Source: Verrucomicrobiales bacterium
GTDB taxonomy: Bacteria > Verrucomicrobiota > Verrucomicrobiia > Verrucomicrobiales > SLCJ01
Assembly (NCBI GenBank): GCA_046075565.1
Contig: JBJTQJ010000057.1
Location: 1 to 16,237 of the forward strand
Direction of reading: 5' to 3'
DNA: 16,237 bases
Under the pieces are notes generated by a model, which was not told where the DNA came from, did no database searches, and was given only the letters and a program-made list of their open reading frames with translations. This document shows, piece after piece, positions 1 to 9,187 of the stretch. Position 1 is the stretch's first letter. Every line of letters starts with the position of its first letter. Made by a program: the position numbers and the translations under genes.

Positions 1-1
1 C

Positions 2-115
2 TATGTCGAATGGGTTCGCGCGGTGGATAAAATGACCTCACGACTCTCCGTCTCCGAACAAGAAGCCATCTGGAACGGAACCGCCCGCCAGTTCTACGGA
101 CTCGCGAAAGTCTGA
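2..115 (+). CDS. 3' end (partial) of an amidohydrolase_2-family protein, L-fucono/L-rhamnono-lactonase-like
   Basis: Not in the ORF track. Frame +2 reads YVEWVRAVDKMTSRLSVSEQEAIWNGTARQFYGLAKV*, with TGA at 113-115. This matches the typical 'LS..E...I..GTA..FY.L' C-terminus of this family. Confidence 0.75.
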   Translation, partial: YVEWVRAVDKMTSRLSVSEQEAIWNGTARQFYGLAKV

Positions 116-121
116 ATCTCC

Positions 122-249
122 GGGACCGCCGACAGCCTGCCCGCCTACAGCCTCCGGCGAAGGCCGGGTCCTCGTCGGTTCTGCTCTGCTGGGACCGCCG
201 ACGACCCCGTCGGCTCTGCTCTCCCGGGATCGCCGAGGCCCACCTCGGC
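122..249 (+). repeat. REP-like palindrome cluster 1: three units of GGGA(C/T)C-GCCGA(C/G)G-N4-C(G/C)TCGGC
   Basis: Units at 122-179 (with a 34-bp insert), 191-214 (GCCGACG-ACCC-CGTCGGC) and 226-249 (GCCGAGG-CCCA-CCTCGGC, compensatory change). They are separated by TCTGCTCT-type spacers and lie between convergent genes, starting 6 bp after a stop codon. Confidence 0.85.
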
Positions 250-292
250 TTCTCGCTTCGTCGGCCGCCTCCCCAAAGAATTGCCTCAAAAA

Positions 293-1837
293 TCACGGCT
301 TGGTGAAACGGACATCCCGCGTGTGCTCGAGGAACAGATCCATCTCTTGCGGCGAGGAAATCATGCGGCCATCAACTACCAGGTTCTCAAAAGTCACGCC
401 GGAGATCGCCCGGTTGGGACTGAAACCATGAAGGAGCGATCCGCTCTGAGGTTTGCCGAGAACTTTCACATCGCGTAGCACAACATTGCTCACCTCGCCG
501 CGACCGATTTCGTAATTAGCGACATCTTCCATCTTCGGAACAAACCACTGGTAAGGATTGTTGGCGCGGGCTGGCAAATGTTCCTTCGGCACCGCTCGGC
601 GTTGCGGATTGCTCCGGCGGTAGGGCACCGGACAATCCCGACTGTAGATGGAAAGCCCGACGTGGAAATCAATCACACGGTCGGTGTTTTCCACCCGCAC
701 GTTTTCGATGAGCAGGTTTTCGATGCGGGCGCGATCCCCGTTGTGGATGGGGAAGGCCCCTCCCTTCACCACATGGATGATGTCGCTGTCCTTGAAGGTG
801 ACTCCGCGGATCGTGTCGATCCGGAGTTCAAAGCCAATTTCGAATCCCTGGCCGCCGGCATCATTCCACAGCACGCAATTGCTGATGTTGATGTTTTCCA
901 TCACCGACCCTTCGACGCGGGGAATCTCATGTCCGCCCAAGGTCTCGGGGTCAATCATTTCCGCCAGAGGCACTCCTTTGGTGCCCGGGGGGTAGATGGC
1001 CTTGATGGCGATGCAGTCGTCGTTGGTGCGCCAGAAACATCCATCCACTTGGACATCACTGGAGTATTCGATGTCGAGTCCATCGCTGTTGGCGCGCCAT
1101 CCAATCACCCGCGTGTTGCGGAGCCGGATGTTCCGGGAAGCGCTGAGATGCATGGTCCAGCCCAGCGGGTCGAGCAGGATGATATTTTCGATCACCGCAT
1201 CTCGGCATTCGCGCAAAACCAGCATGTTGATCTTTTGCTTCCGGGTCCCCGCATCCAGGATACCTGCACCGCGCACAGAGACACCGCTGGTCCCGACGGA
1301 TCGAACAACCGCGCGAACCACCGCTCCGCCTTCCAGATAAAGGGTTTCGCCGTCGCGGAGAAGAATCTCCCCTGCCTCGTGGATCTTGCCGGCTTCGAAG
1401 AACTTCACCTTCGGGTCGTTTCTGTCTGGGATATCGGTCAAAGCCGGATTGGCAAAAATGAAGACCGGGTTGGCCAAATCGCCATCCATCTCCACGCTCA
1501 GATTCATCGGACGGGGAAGTTGGAAGCGCACCACGTCTCCCTCCACTCGGGCAAGGATCCCCGCGGACAAGGGACGCACCACCACGGCCTTTGGCGACCC
1601 GACGACTTTGATCGCGACATCCACCGGTCCTGCCATCCCGAAACTTAGAACGCTACCCCGTGAGGTTTTGAGAGCTGGCACGCCCACACCACCAATGGTC
1701 GCGGAATGCACCTGGCTAACAGGGATCGCGTCAGGCAACTTGTAGGGAATGACCTGCGCCACCAGCGTGCTGCCAAGCAGCAAGGGGATCAAGATAGCGA
1801 GAAACCAAAGATGCACACGGATGGATGGTGACTTCAT
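293..1837 (-). CDS. Secreted GH28-like / right-handed parallel beta-helix glycoside hydrolase
   Basis: 514 aa with an N-terminal signal peptide. Motifs include TLYLEGGAVV, GAGILD, NSDGLDI and TNDDCIAIK (GH28-type NxD/DD acids), plus repeated NI.IENV beta-helix rungs. Confidence 0.8.
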   Translation of the reverse strand: MKSPSIRVHLWFLAILIPLLLGSTLVAQVIPYKLPDAIPVSQVHSATIGGVGVPALKTSRGSVLSFGMAGPVDVAIKVVGSPKAVVVRPLSAGILARVEGDVVRFQLPRPMNLSVEMDGDLANPVFIFANPALTDIPDRNDPKVKFFEAGKIHEAGEILLRDGETLYLEGGAVVRAVVRSVGTSGVSVRGAGILDAGTRKQKINMLVLRECRDAVIENIILLDPLGWTMHLSASRNIRLRNTRVIGWRANSDGLDIEYSSDVQVDGCFWRTNDDCIAIKAIYPPGTKGVPLAEMIDPETLGGHEIPRVEGSVMENINISNCVLWNDAGGQGFEIGFELRIDTIRGVTFKDSDIIHVVKGGAFPIHNGDRARIENLLIENVRVENTDRVIDFHVGLSIYSRDCPVPYRRSNPQRRAVPKEHLPARANNPYQWFVPKMEDVANYEIGRGEVSNVVLRDVKVLGKPQSGSLLHGFSPNRAISGVTFENLVVDGRMISSPQEMDLFLEHTRDVRFTKP

Positions 1838-2006
1838 GAATGAGCAAAGATCGAATCTTCCGGCTATTATGCGTGAGAATCGACTTTTGTCGGGGAAAAA
1901 CCGAGAGACCGCCCAAGATCGTGGCAGTCCTAGTCACTCTTCCTTTTCTATTTCCTGCCCAACATCCGAATTAGGATTCGCCCCCACTTTACCTTCGGGA
2001 GTCTGC

Positions 2007-2169
2007 CACCGGCGTCCTGCCGGTGCTTCTTCTTTCCTCTCATGCCCTCCCAGGACCACCGCCAACAGCCTGCTGGGACCGCCGACGTCCTCGTCGGCTT
2101 TCTCTATCTCCCGGGACCGCCGACAGCTTGCCCGCCATAGCCTCCGGCGAAGGCTGGGGCCCCGTCGGC
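2007..2169 (+). repeat. REP-like palindrome cluster 2
   Basis: CACCGGC-GTCCT-GCCGGTG (2007-2025), a truncated unit ACCGCCAACAGCCTGC (~2058-2073), an intact GGGACCGCCGACGTCCTCGTCGGC (2075-2098), and a unit with a 33-bp insert (2113-2169) that closely matches 122-179. Confidence 0.85.
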
Positions 2170-2367
2170 TAGCCCTTTCCCACCCCTCTTTGGGTCCTCC
2201 GATTTGCTTCCTCAACCACAACGACGCGAGCACCACCCCCCTCGATTGCAGGAAAAACCGCGCGCTCCTGTTTTGGCGGAGATTGTGAAAAACCTTGAAA
2301 GCGGATTCGCCCACAACCGCGTAGAGAACCCCACTGCCAAGCCGCCGGACGGAAGCAATCGAAAGCA

Positions 2368-4965
2368 ATGAAAACCATTCCCTTGACGAGCTTCCTCGTT
2401 CTTTGTCTTGCGGCCCGACCAGCCATTGCCGACTCACTATCCACATCTCGGAATCCATCGGACCCGCCAGCCGTTTATCAGGATCAGAACCTAACTGGCA
2501 TTGATTTTCCCATCGGGGCGGTCGGCGGCAGTGTGATTCGGATGAATGGCAAAGCCGAGCGCAGGTGGTGGCAGATCTTCCACAATTACGAGCAACGCCA
2601 GGGCAGCGGCGTGGTGCCGAACAGTTTCTTCGCCATACGCACGAAGTCCGGCGATGCCACCCGGGTGCGCGCGCTCCAGACCTCGGCGGTCGGGCCGTTT
2701 CCCGCAATGCAGAGCTTGACCTTCTCAGGTGAGTTTCCCTTTGGCTGGTATGCCTTTCAGGACAAGGAAATCCCCGTCAAGGTGACGCTGGAAGCCTACA
2801 ACCCGCTCATACCGATGGATCTGAAGAACTCGGCCATACCCTGCGCGATCTTCCGCATCAAGGTGAGCAACCCGACGGCCGCACCCATCGAAGTTGGCCT
2901 GCTCGCCACCCAGCAAAACGCGGTGGGCTTCTCCGGCTACGACACCATCGGCGGTGAAAACCAGCGGCAGAACCCGGACTACGGAAAAAACCGCAATGAG
3001 GTCACGGTTGGAAAAGAACGCACCGGCATCGCCCTCACCGGCCCCAAAGGCAGCATGCACCTTTCGGCCCACACCGAAGGCACCACGGCCACTGCCTCGT
3101 GGCAGGACATGGCATCGTTGTTCGCCGACTACGAGGCCGACGGCAAACTCACCGGACCCGCCATCGCCGAAAGCCCGGCACCACAAACCACCGTCGATGC
3201 CGCACTGGCCACGAATTTCCGCCTGGAACCCGGGGCCGAGCGCTTCGTCACTTTCGTGCTGAGCTGGCACTTTCCCGGTGGCACCTTCGGCCGCGCCGAC
3301 ATTCCGCAATGGTATTTCGTCGATGGCGGAAACCAATATGAAAACTGGTGGGCCAATGCTGCCGAGGTGGACGCGTATGTGGCCGAAAAGTTCGACTACC
3401 TCGACTCGACAACGCGTCTCTATCATCAGACCCTTTATTCATCCAAGATCCCGCGCTACGCGCTCGACCGGATGAGCGCGAATCTCAGCGTGCTGAAGTC
3501 CCCGACCAGTTTCTGGACCAAAGCCGGCTACTTCGGCATTTGGGAAAGCACCTCCGATAAACAAGAGTGGTTTGGCAACTGCAAACACGTGATCCACTAC
3601 GGCCAGGGGCACGCCCGCCTGTTTCCCGAACTCGGACGTCTCCTGCGCGATATCGATCTGCGCAGCCAGCTACCCGAAGGACTGCTCTCCGATCGCGACG
3701 GCGGAAAGAACGATGCCATCGACGGCCACTTCGGCACTATCCTCGGCGTCTATCGCGAGCACCTGCTCTCGACCAACACCGACTACCTCAAGACCGCCTG
3801 GCCGCGCACCCGCAAGGCCATGGATTACGCCATTGACCGACTCGATCGCGACCGCGACGGCATGCTTTCCGGCTCGTATCACAACACGCTCGACTGCAAT
3901 TCTTCCGGCACCTCGCCATGGATTGGATCCCTCTACATCGCCGCGCTCAAAGCCAGTGGCAACATGGCGGATCTCATGGGCGAAACCGAAGCGGCCAACG
4001 GATATCGCGAACTCGCCGCCACCGCCATCCGCAACCAGAACGAGCAACTCTGGAACAATCAACTAGGATACTACGTCGAACGCCCCGAAAACCTCCCGGG
4101 CACCCGCATTATGGGTGATGCCGTCGGCATCGACATGCTGCTCGGCCAATGGTGGGCCAATCAGCTCGGGCTCGGACAACTCTATCCGGCCGACCGCACC
4201 CGCGCGGGATTGGCGAAAATTTTCACCACCAACCGCATCACGGATCCAGGCAAAGGCTATCCACCACGATACCGCGATTTTCTCGGCACCGGCGATACCG
4301 GCTGGCAGATGTTCGTTCATCCCGGCCGCGTGCCCGATAACACCATCCACTATTTCTGCGAAGTCATGTCCGGCTTCGAATACGCCGCCGCTGCCACCAT
4401 GATCCAATACGGCCTGACCGCCGAAGGGATGGAAATGGTCAAGGAAATCTCGAAACGCTACGACGGCCGCCATCGCGGCAGAGGCGAAGTCACCCTCGCC
4501 TCGAATGCCACGGTCGATGGCAGCGGCAGCCCCTTCGGTGAGGACGAATGTGGAAAATACTACGCCCGCGCCATGAGCAGTTGGTCGGTCCTGCTCGCGC
4601 TCCAGGGATTCTCCTTCGACGGCCCGCAACAACGCATCGGCTTCCAACCGGTCTGGCAACCGGAGGACCACGCCTCGTTCTTCTCCGCAGCGAACGGCTG
4701 GGGCCTCTTCACCCAGAACCGCAGCGATGGAAAACAGGAGTCCGCCATCCACCTCAAGTTCGGCACCCTCGATCTAAAATCCATCACTCTCGGAATTCCG
4801 GAAGGCATGCGATCCGCCAATGCCCGCATAACCCTTGATGGCAAGGAACTGCCGCATAAGCCGCTAACCCACAAGGGAAGCACAATCGAAATCAATCTGG
4901 AGCAGCCGATCACCATCAAAGCCGGATCCTCACTTGCCCTCGAATTGCCTCTGGCTCCCATGTGA
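2368..4965 (+). CDS. Secreted GH116 family glycoside hydrolase (GBA2-like beta-glucosidase/xylosidase)
   Basis: 865 aa with a signal peptide. The N-terminal domain has GIDFPIGAVGG, FSGEFPF and AYNPLIPMDLKNSAIP. The (alpha/alpha)6 domain has HARLFPEL, DRDRDG, HNTLD, DMLLGQWWA and ECGKYYARAMSSW. Confidence 0.9.
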   Translation: MKTIPLTSFLVLCLAARPAIADSLSTSRNPSDPPAVYQDQNLTGIDFPIGAVGGSVIRMNGKAERRWWQIFHNYEQRQGSGVVPNSFFAIRTKSGDATRVRALQTSAVGPFPAMQSLTFSGEFPFGWYAFQDKEIPVKVTLEAYNPLIPMDLKNSAIPCAIFRIKVSNPTAAPIEVGLLATQQNAVGFSGYDTIGGENQRQNPDYGKNRNEVTVGKERTGIALTGPKGSMHLSAHTEGTTATASWQDMASLFADYEADGKLTGPAIAESPAPQTTVDAALATNFRLEPGAERFVTFVLSWHFPGGTFGRADIPQWYFVDGGNQYENWWANAAEVDAYVAEKFDYLDSTTRLYHQTLYSSKIPRYALDRMSANLSVLKSPTSFWTKAGYFGIWESTSDKQEWFGNCKHVIHYGQGHARLFPELGRLLRDIDLRSQLPEGLLSDRDGGKNDAIDGHFGTILGVYREHLLSTNTDYLKTAWPRTRKAMDYAIDRLDRDRDGMLSGSYHNTLDCNSSGTSPWIGSLYIAALKASGNMADLMGETEAANGYRELAATAIRNQNEQLWNNQLGYYVERPENLPGTRIMGDAVGIDMLLGQWWANQLGLGQLYPADRTRAGLAKIFTTNRITDPGKGYPPRYRDFLGTGDTGWQMFVHPGRVPDNTIHYFCEVMSGFEYAAAATMIQYGLTAEGMEMVKEISKRYDGRHRGRGEVTLASNATVDGSGSPFGEDECGKYYARAMSSWSVLLALQGFSFDGPQQRIGFQPVWQPEDHASFFSAANGWGLFTQNRSDGKQESAIHLKFGTLDLKSITLGIPEGMRSANARITLDGKELPHKPLTHKGSTIEINLEQPITIKAGSSLALELPLAPM

Positions 4966-7666
4966 GAGTGCCCCATTTTCCAGACATGCACGCCATGATT
5001 CACCGACCCGCCATCATCATCACCATCGGCTTGTGCTTTCAACTCGCGGTTGGCGCGGCGGAGGAAGTCAAGCCACCCGCTGCTCCAGCCAATGAACTCA
5101 CACCATCCTGGACGCTACCCGATCCTTCGCTTCTCCTCGGCAATCCTGCGCCCGGCTGGCCGGAGGTTCGTCCGGAGGCGCGACCAGGATCCTATTGGTG
5201 GTGGCCCGGCAGCGCGGTCACGCAGAAGGACCTAACTTGGAATCTTGAAACGTATGGGAAAGCAGGTTGGGGCAACATGGGGGTGATCGGCATCTACGGA
5301 GTGAAGGGCGAAGAGAAACGGAATATTCCGCTTTTCACTCCCGAATGGTTTGAGGTGTTCAATCACGCGGTCAAAGAGGCACGGCGGCTCGGCCTGAATA
5401 TCGATCTGACTCCATCCGGTGGTTGGCGGCTCGGTGGACCGCATGTCACGAAGAAGCATTCGGAGCGTTCCTTCGCGGTGAAGGACGGGAAAATTGATGT
5501 CGTGGTCCGGAGCGACAAGGTCAAACGCGCGGGTCTCGGTGGCGTCGGCATGTGCATCAATCCCTATTCGCCGACAGCGGTGAAATTCCATTTCGACTGG
5601 CTGGCCGATCGTTTCTCCAAAGGCCAAGGACTTTCCCCGCGGGCTTTCTACTACGACTCTTTCGAAAATCAGGGAAACTGGGCGCCCGAACTGCCGGACC
5701 GATTCAAGCAGTGGCGAGGCTACGACATTCAAGCACATGCCGAAGCGTTGGGCGGCACGGGCGATCCTGAAAAAGCCCGGCGGGTCCTCTGCGACTACCG
5801 GGAAACCCTCTCGGATCTTGTGTTGGAGTGCGTGAACCAAATCGTGCAATGGAGCGACAAACGCGGGAGTGGATTGCGCATGCAAGCCCATGGAGCGCCC
5901 GCCAACCTGCTCGACATGTATGCCGCAGCCAGCATCCCGGAGACCGAAGTTTTCGGCGCGAACAAATTTGAGATTCCCGGATTCCGCCGCGATCCACTTT
6001 CCTCACTCGACCAGCCTCATAGCGAGATGGTGAACCGGTTCGCCTCATCGGCCGCCCATGTGGCCGGTCGCAGCCTCGTGATCTCGGAAAGCTTCACCTG
6101 GTTGAGGAACCACTTCCACACCGCCTTATCCCACATCAAACCGGAGGCGGATCGCCTTCTCCTCTGCGGGGTCACTGGGATCTACTATCACGGCACCTGT
6201 TATTCACCGGAAAAAACCGAATGGCCGGGGTGGTTGTTCTATGCCTCCACCCAGGTGAACGCGCGCAACTCGATCTTCCGCGATATCCCGGCGCTCAATT
6301 CCTATCTAACCCGTTGCCAAAGTGTGCTCCAACAAGGGAAAGCGCACAACGACGTCCTGCTCTATTGGCCGGTTTACGACCTCTGGATGAGCGGCGGAAA
6401 AGGGGAAAAACGCTTCACAGTGCATGACTCGAGCTGGATTGAGGACCAACCCTGCGGCGAGGCGGGTCGCTGGTTGATGCAACAGGGTCATACCTTCGAC
6501 TTCGTCTCCGATGCCCAGGTCGGCGCCACCCGCTGGCAGGATGATCGTCTCGTCACGGCAGGCGGGGCCGCTTATCGGACGGTGCTGGTGCCGGCCGCCA
6601 AGGTCATGAGAGTCGAGACCGCGACCAAGCTGATCGAACTGGCCCGTGCCGGAGCATCGATTGTGATCTGGCGGCACTTGCCGGAAACCGTTCCCGGTTG
6701 GCATCAATTCGCCGAACGTGAAAAGGAACTGAAAAACTTCTGGGCGATCTGGCCTTCGTGGACGGCGTCGCCCCGGTCGGCAAAGGCCGCATTCTGCTGG
6801 GCGATGATCTCGCCGCCCTGATTGCCAAGACAGGCATCCCCCGCGAGGCGATGGTGGATCACGGACTCAAGTTCATCCGCCGAAAAGTGCCGGGTGAAGT
6901 GATTTATTTCATGGCGAACCAATCCGCCAAAGCGGTGGATGAATGGATACCCATCGCCTCCCCTATCCGATCCGCGTTGCTCATGGATCCGATGACCGGT
7001 GCCCTCGGCAAGGCAAACACGCGCATCGAAAACTCCATGACGGCCATCCGCCTGCAACTCCTACCCGGAGAATCGCGTATCCTGCGCGTTTTTGAAAATG
7101 AGGAGACCGATGCACCCATGTGGCCCATCACCACGCCATCGGGCGCTCCGCTGGAGGTGAAAGGACCATGGACGATCCGTTTCGTGGAAGGCGGTCCGGT
7201 CCTGCCGGCAGAGGCCAAGGTTGAGAAACTGGTATCATGGACGGAAACCGCCGATCCCGAGGCCCGGCGCTTCGCCGGAGCCGCCAGCTATTCCACTTCT
7301 TTTACCCTTCCCGAAAAAGCCGACAAGTGGGTGCTCGATTTGGGAGATGTGCGTGAAAGTGCGCGCGTGAGCGTGAATGGCAAATCGGCGGGAGTGCTTA
7401 TCGCCCATCCCTTCCGTCTGGATATCACTGGATTCCTCATAGATGGAGCGAACAGCATCGAGATCGAAGTGACCAACCTCTCCGCCAACCGCATCCGCGA
7501 TCTCGATCAACGCAAGGTCGGCTGGAAGAAGTTCGACGACATCAACATCGTGGACCACAAGTATAAAAAGTTCGACGCCACGGAATGGCCGACCGAACCC
7601 TCAGGTCTTCTCGGCCCAGTCACCCTAACGCCCATGACGGTGACTTTCCCCGCCGCGCATCCGTAA
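4962..7666 (+). pseudogene. GH106 (alpha-L-rhamnosidase-like) glycoside hydrolase, split by a -1 frameshift at ~6732-6736
   Basis: ORF 4962-6821 has the GH106 motifs RPGSYWWWPGSAV, IYGVKG, GWRLGGP, VKRAG, FYYDSFE, QAHGAP, IPETE and SESFTW. ORF 6758-7666 carries the expected C-terminal part (LDLGDVRESARVSVNG, IEIEVTNLSANRI, PSGLLGPV). Adding one A gives a continuous ...ELKKLLGDLAFVDGVAP... The true start may be ATG 4986 or 4995. The break may be a sequencing error. Confidence 0.85.
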
Positions 7667-7830
7667 ACAATCCTTGGCAAGGTCTACTCGACAGTCATCC
7701 TTTCTGTGCCTACCCGCGGTTTCTTTTCACTTCTTGTCCCGAACCTCTGGTTGGGGAGTCCCCACGATCTTTGCCAACGGCTTCAGCGCTGCCGCGTGCG
7801 CCCTCGGGCGGATTAAATCCGGGATCTCCC

Positions 7831-8160
7831 CTACCCCACCTTCCCGGCGAAGATGATCGCGACCACGGCCCCGCTGATGCCAAGGCTGGCGGCGAAGACG
7901 GCGATGGCAAAGATGACGGAAGAGCGTTTGTTGAGGAGCAGGATACGTTCTTCCTGGAGGGCGGCGACAGCGGCGAGTTCTTCGACGCGGGTGGCGAGAT
8001 CGCGGGTCAACTCGGCCTGACGGGTGGCCAATTCTTCAATGCGGGCGATTTCTTCGGCGGGTGGTCCGCTGGCGGCTTTGGCGGCGCGGGCGCTGCCGAC
8101 AAGCTGGGTGGCCACCTCGATCACGGAGGGCAGGGCCTTGAGCAAGGAGTCGAACTTCAT
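7831..8160 (-). CDS. Small hypothetical protein with a coiled coil and a C-terminal transmembrane helix
   Basis: 109 aa starting 30 bp after the nadK stop. It has a heptad-like middle (EEIARIEELATRQAELTRDLATRVEEL) and a hydrophobic C-terminal segment. Confidence 0.7.
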   Translation of the reverse strand: MKFDSLLKALPSVIEVATQLVGSARAAKAASGPPAEEIARIEELATRQAELTRDLATRVEELAAVAALQEERILLLNKRSSVIFAIAVFAASLGISGAVVAIIFAGKVG

Positions 8161-8190
8161 GGCGCAAGATGGCGCGGATTGAGGTCCGAA

Positions 8191-9063
8191 TCAAACATTG
8201 CTGCCGTGCCAGCGCAGTTTGGCACGCAGGGTTTCATAGAACGAACCGGCTCCGGGCACGACCAGCGGAAGACGCGAACCACTGCGGCGGATGACCAGGG
8301 TATCAGCTGCTTCGATGAGGCAGGCGGTTTCGCCATCGGCGGTGAGCATGACGGCGTCAGAGTCGTCGGCGGACCAAGCGCGCAACTCGATGGGTTCCGA
8401 GTCGCTCACCACGACCGAGCGGTTGCTCAGGGCGTGCGGGCAAATGGGCGTGACCACGAGCACGGCGGCGTCGGGCGCGACGACCGGTCCGCCCGCCGCC
8501 ATGGAATAGGCAGTCGAACCGGTGGGCGTGGCAACAATCAATCCATCGGCATGGTAGTGATTGAGCAATTGCCCGTGCACGCTGGCCTCGACATGGATCA
8601 TACGCGCGACCTTGCGGCGGGTGACGGTTAGTTCGTTAACCGCGAAGAACGTTTCCTCGTGGCCATTGGCACGCGTGATGACGGCTTCGATGAGGGAGCG
8701 CTCGGTGATGGCGTATTCGCGGTCGCGGAGGGCCCGGGCGATTTCCCCCGGTTCGGTGGCGGAAGAAAAGGAAAGGAAGCCGAGGCGTCCGGAATTGACC
8801 CCCATGACCGGACGCATGACGGGGGCCATGCGGTGGACGGCGCGCAGCATGCTGCCATCGCCGCCGACAACGATGACCAATCGCGCCCACTCGGCGAGGG
8901 CACGGAGGTCGTCGGTTTCCCCGGCGGGCAAACCGGCCACGCGGGCGGTCTCGGCGTCGAGGCGGACCTCGCGACCGTCACCTTGCAGGGCCGAAAGAAG
9001 GCCGGCAAGATAACCGGGCGCGGGCGGCCGGAGCGGGTTGGTGGTCAGGGCGATACGATCCAT
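8191..9063 (-). CDS. nadK: NAD(+) kinase
   Basis: 290 aa with VVGGDGSML, GVNSGRLGFL, the NE motif, DGLIVATPTGSTAYSMAAGGP, TPICPHAL and the C-terminal LRAKLRW. Confidence 0.96.
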   Translation of the reverse strand: MDRIALTTNPLRPPAPGYLAGLLSALQGDGREVRLDAETARVAGLPAGETDDLRALAEWARLVIVVGGDGSMLRAVHRMAPVMRPVMGVNSGRLGFLSFSSATEPGEIARALRDREYAITERSLIEAVITRANGHEETFFAVNELTVTRRKVARMIHVEASVHGQLLNHYHADGLIVATPTGSTAYSMAAGGPVVAPDAAVLVVTPICPHALSNRSVVVSDSEPIELRAWSADDSDAVMLTADGETACLIEAADTLVIRRSGSRLPLVVPGAGSFYETLRAKLRWHGSNV

Positions 9064-9132
9064 GCTAGAATTTCGTGGTTACCGTCGCTTCCAGTGATAG
9101 GCGAATCCACCACTCCCCGCCAGTCTTTTCCT
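9057..9132 (-). repeat. Duplicated (displaced) 3' end of tlyA; direct repeat copy 1, att-like
   Basis: 66/76 nt identical to 13346-13421. Read through to TGA at 9045-9047, it encodes GKDWRGVVDSPITGSDGNHEILAWIVSP*, overlapping the nadK ATG. Confidence 0.93.
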
Positions 9133-9187
9133 CGGGCAGAGGCAAATTTGGGAAAATGGAGATTTGAGCATCGGAAACGGGACCGCC

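Noticed and set aside
77-114. GGAACCGCCCGCC...GCGAAAG resembling the REP/mini-element
   Set aside because: It lies within the conserved GTARQFYGL coding sequence of the amidohydrolase tail.
122-249. CRISPR array
   Set aside because: Only ~11-bp, mutually similar spacers, variable repeat units and no cas genes. This fits a REP-like cluster.
2296-2309. LacI-type operator TGAAAGCGGATTCG upstream of GH116
   Set aside because: The right half-site matches poorly and there is no second copy or regulator in the window.
1934-2707. 257-aa minus-strand ORF, and 38-289, sharing similar Arg/Gly-rich peptides
   Set aside because: The similarity is only the translated REP units. Both ORFs overlap real genes on the opposite strand.
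7667-7830. Terminator or riboswitch between the convergent genes
   Set aside because: Only short stems (CCTTG/CAAGG, GGGGA/TCCCC, CGGAT/ATCCG) without a convincing adjacent U-tract or aptamer consensus.
9178-9187. CGGGACCGCC, matching the REP head, abutting the EEP stop codon
   Set aside because: Only 10 GC-rich bases with no hairpin following. The position is suggestive but compatible with chance.
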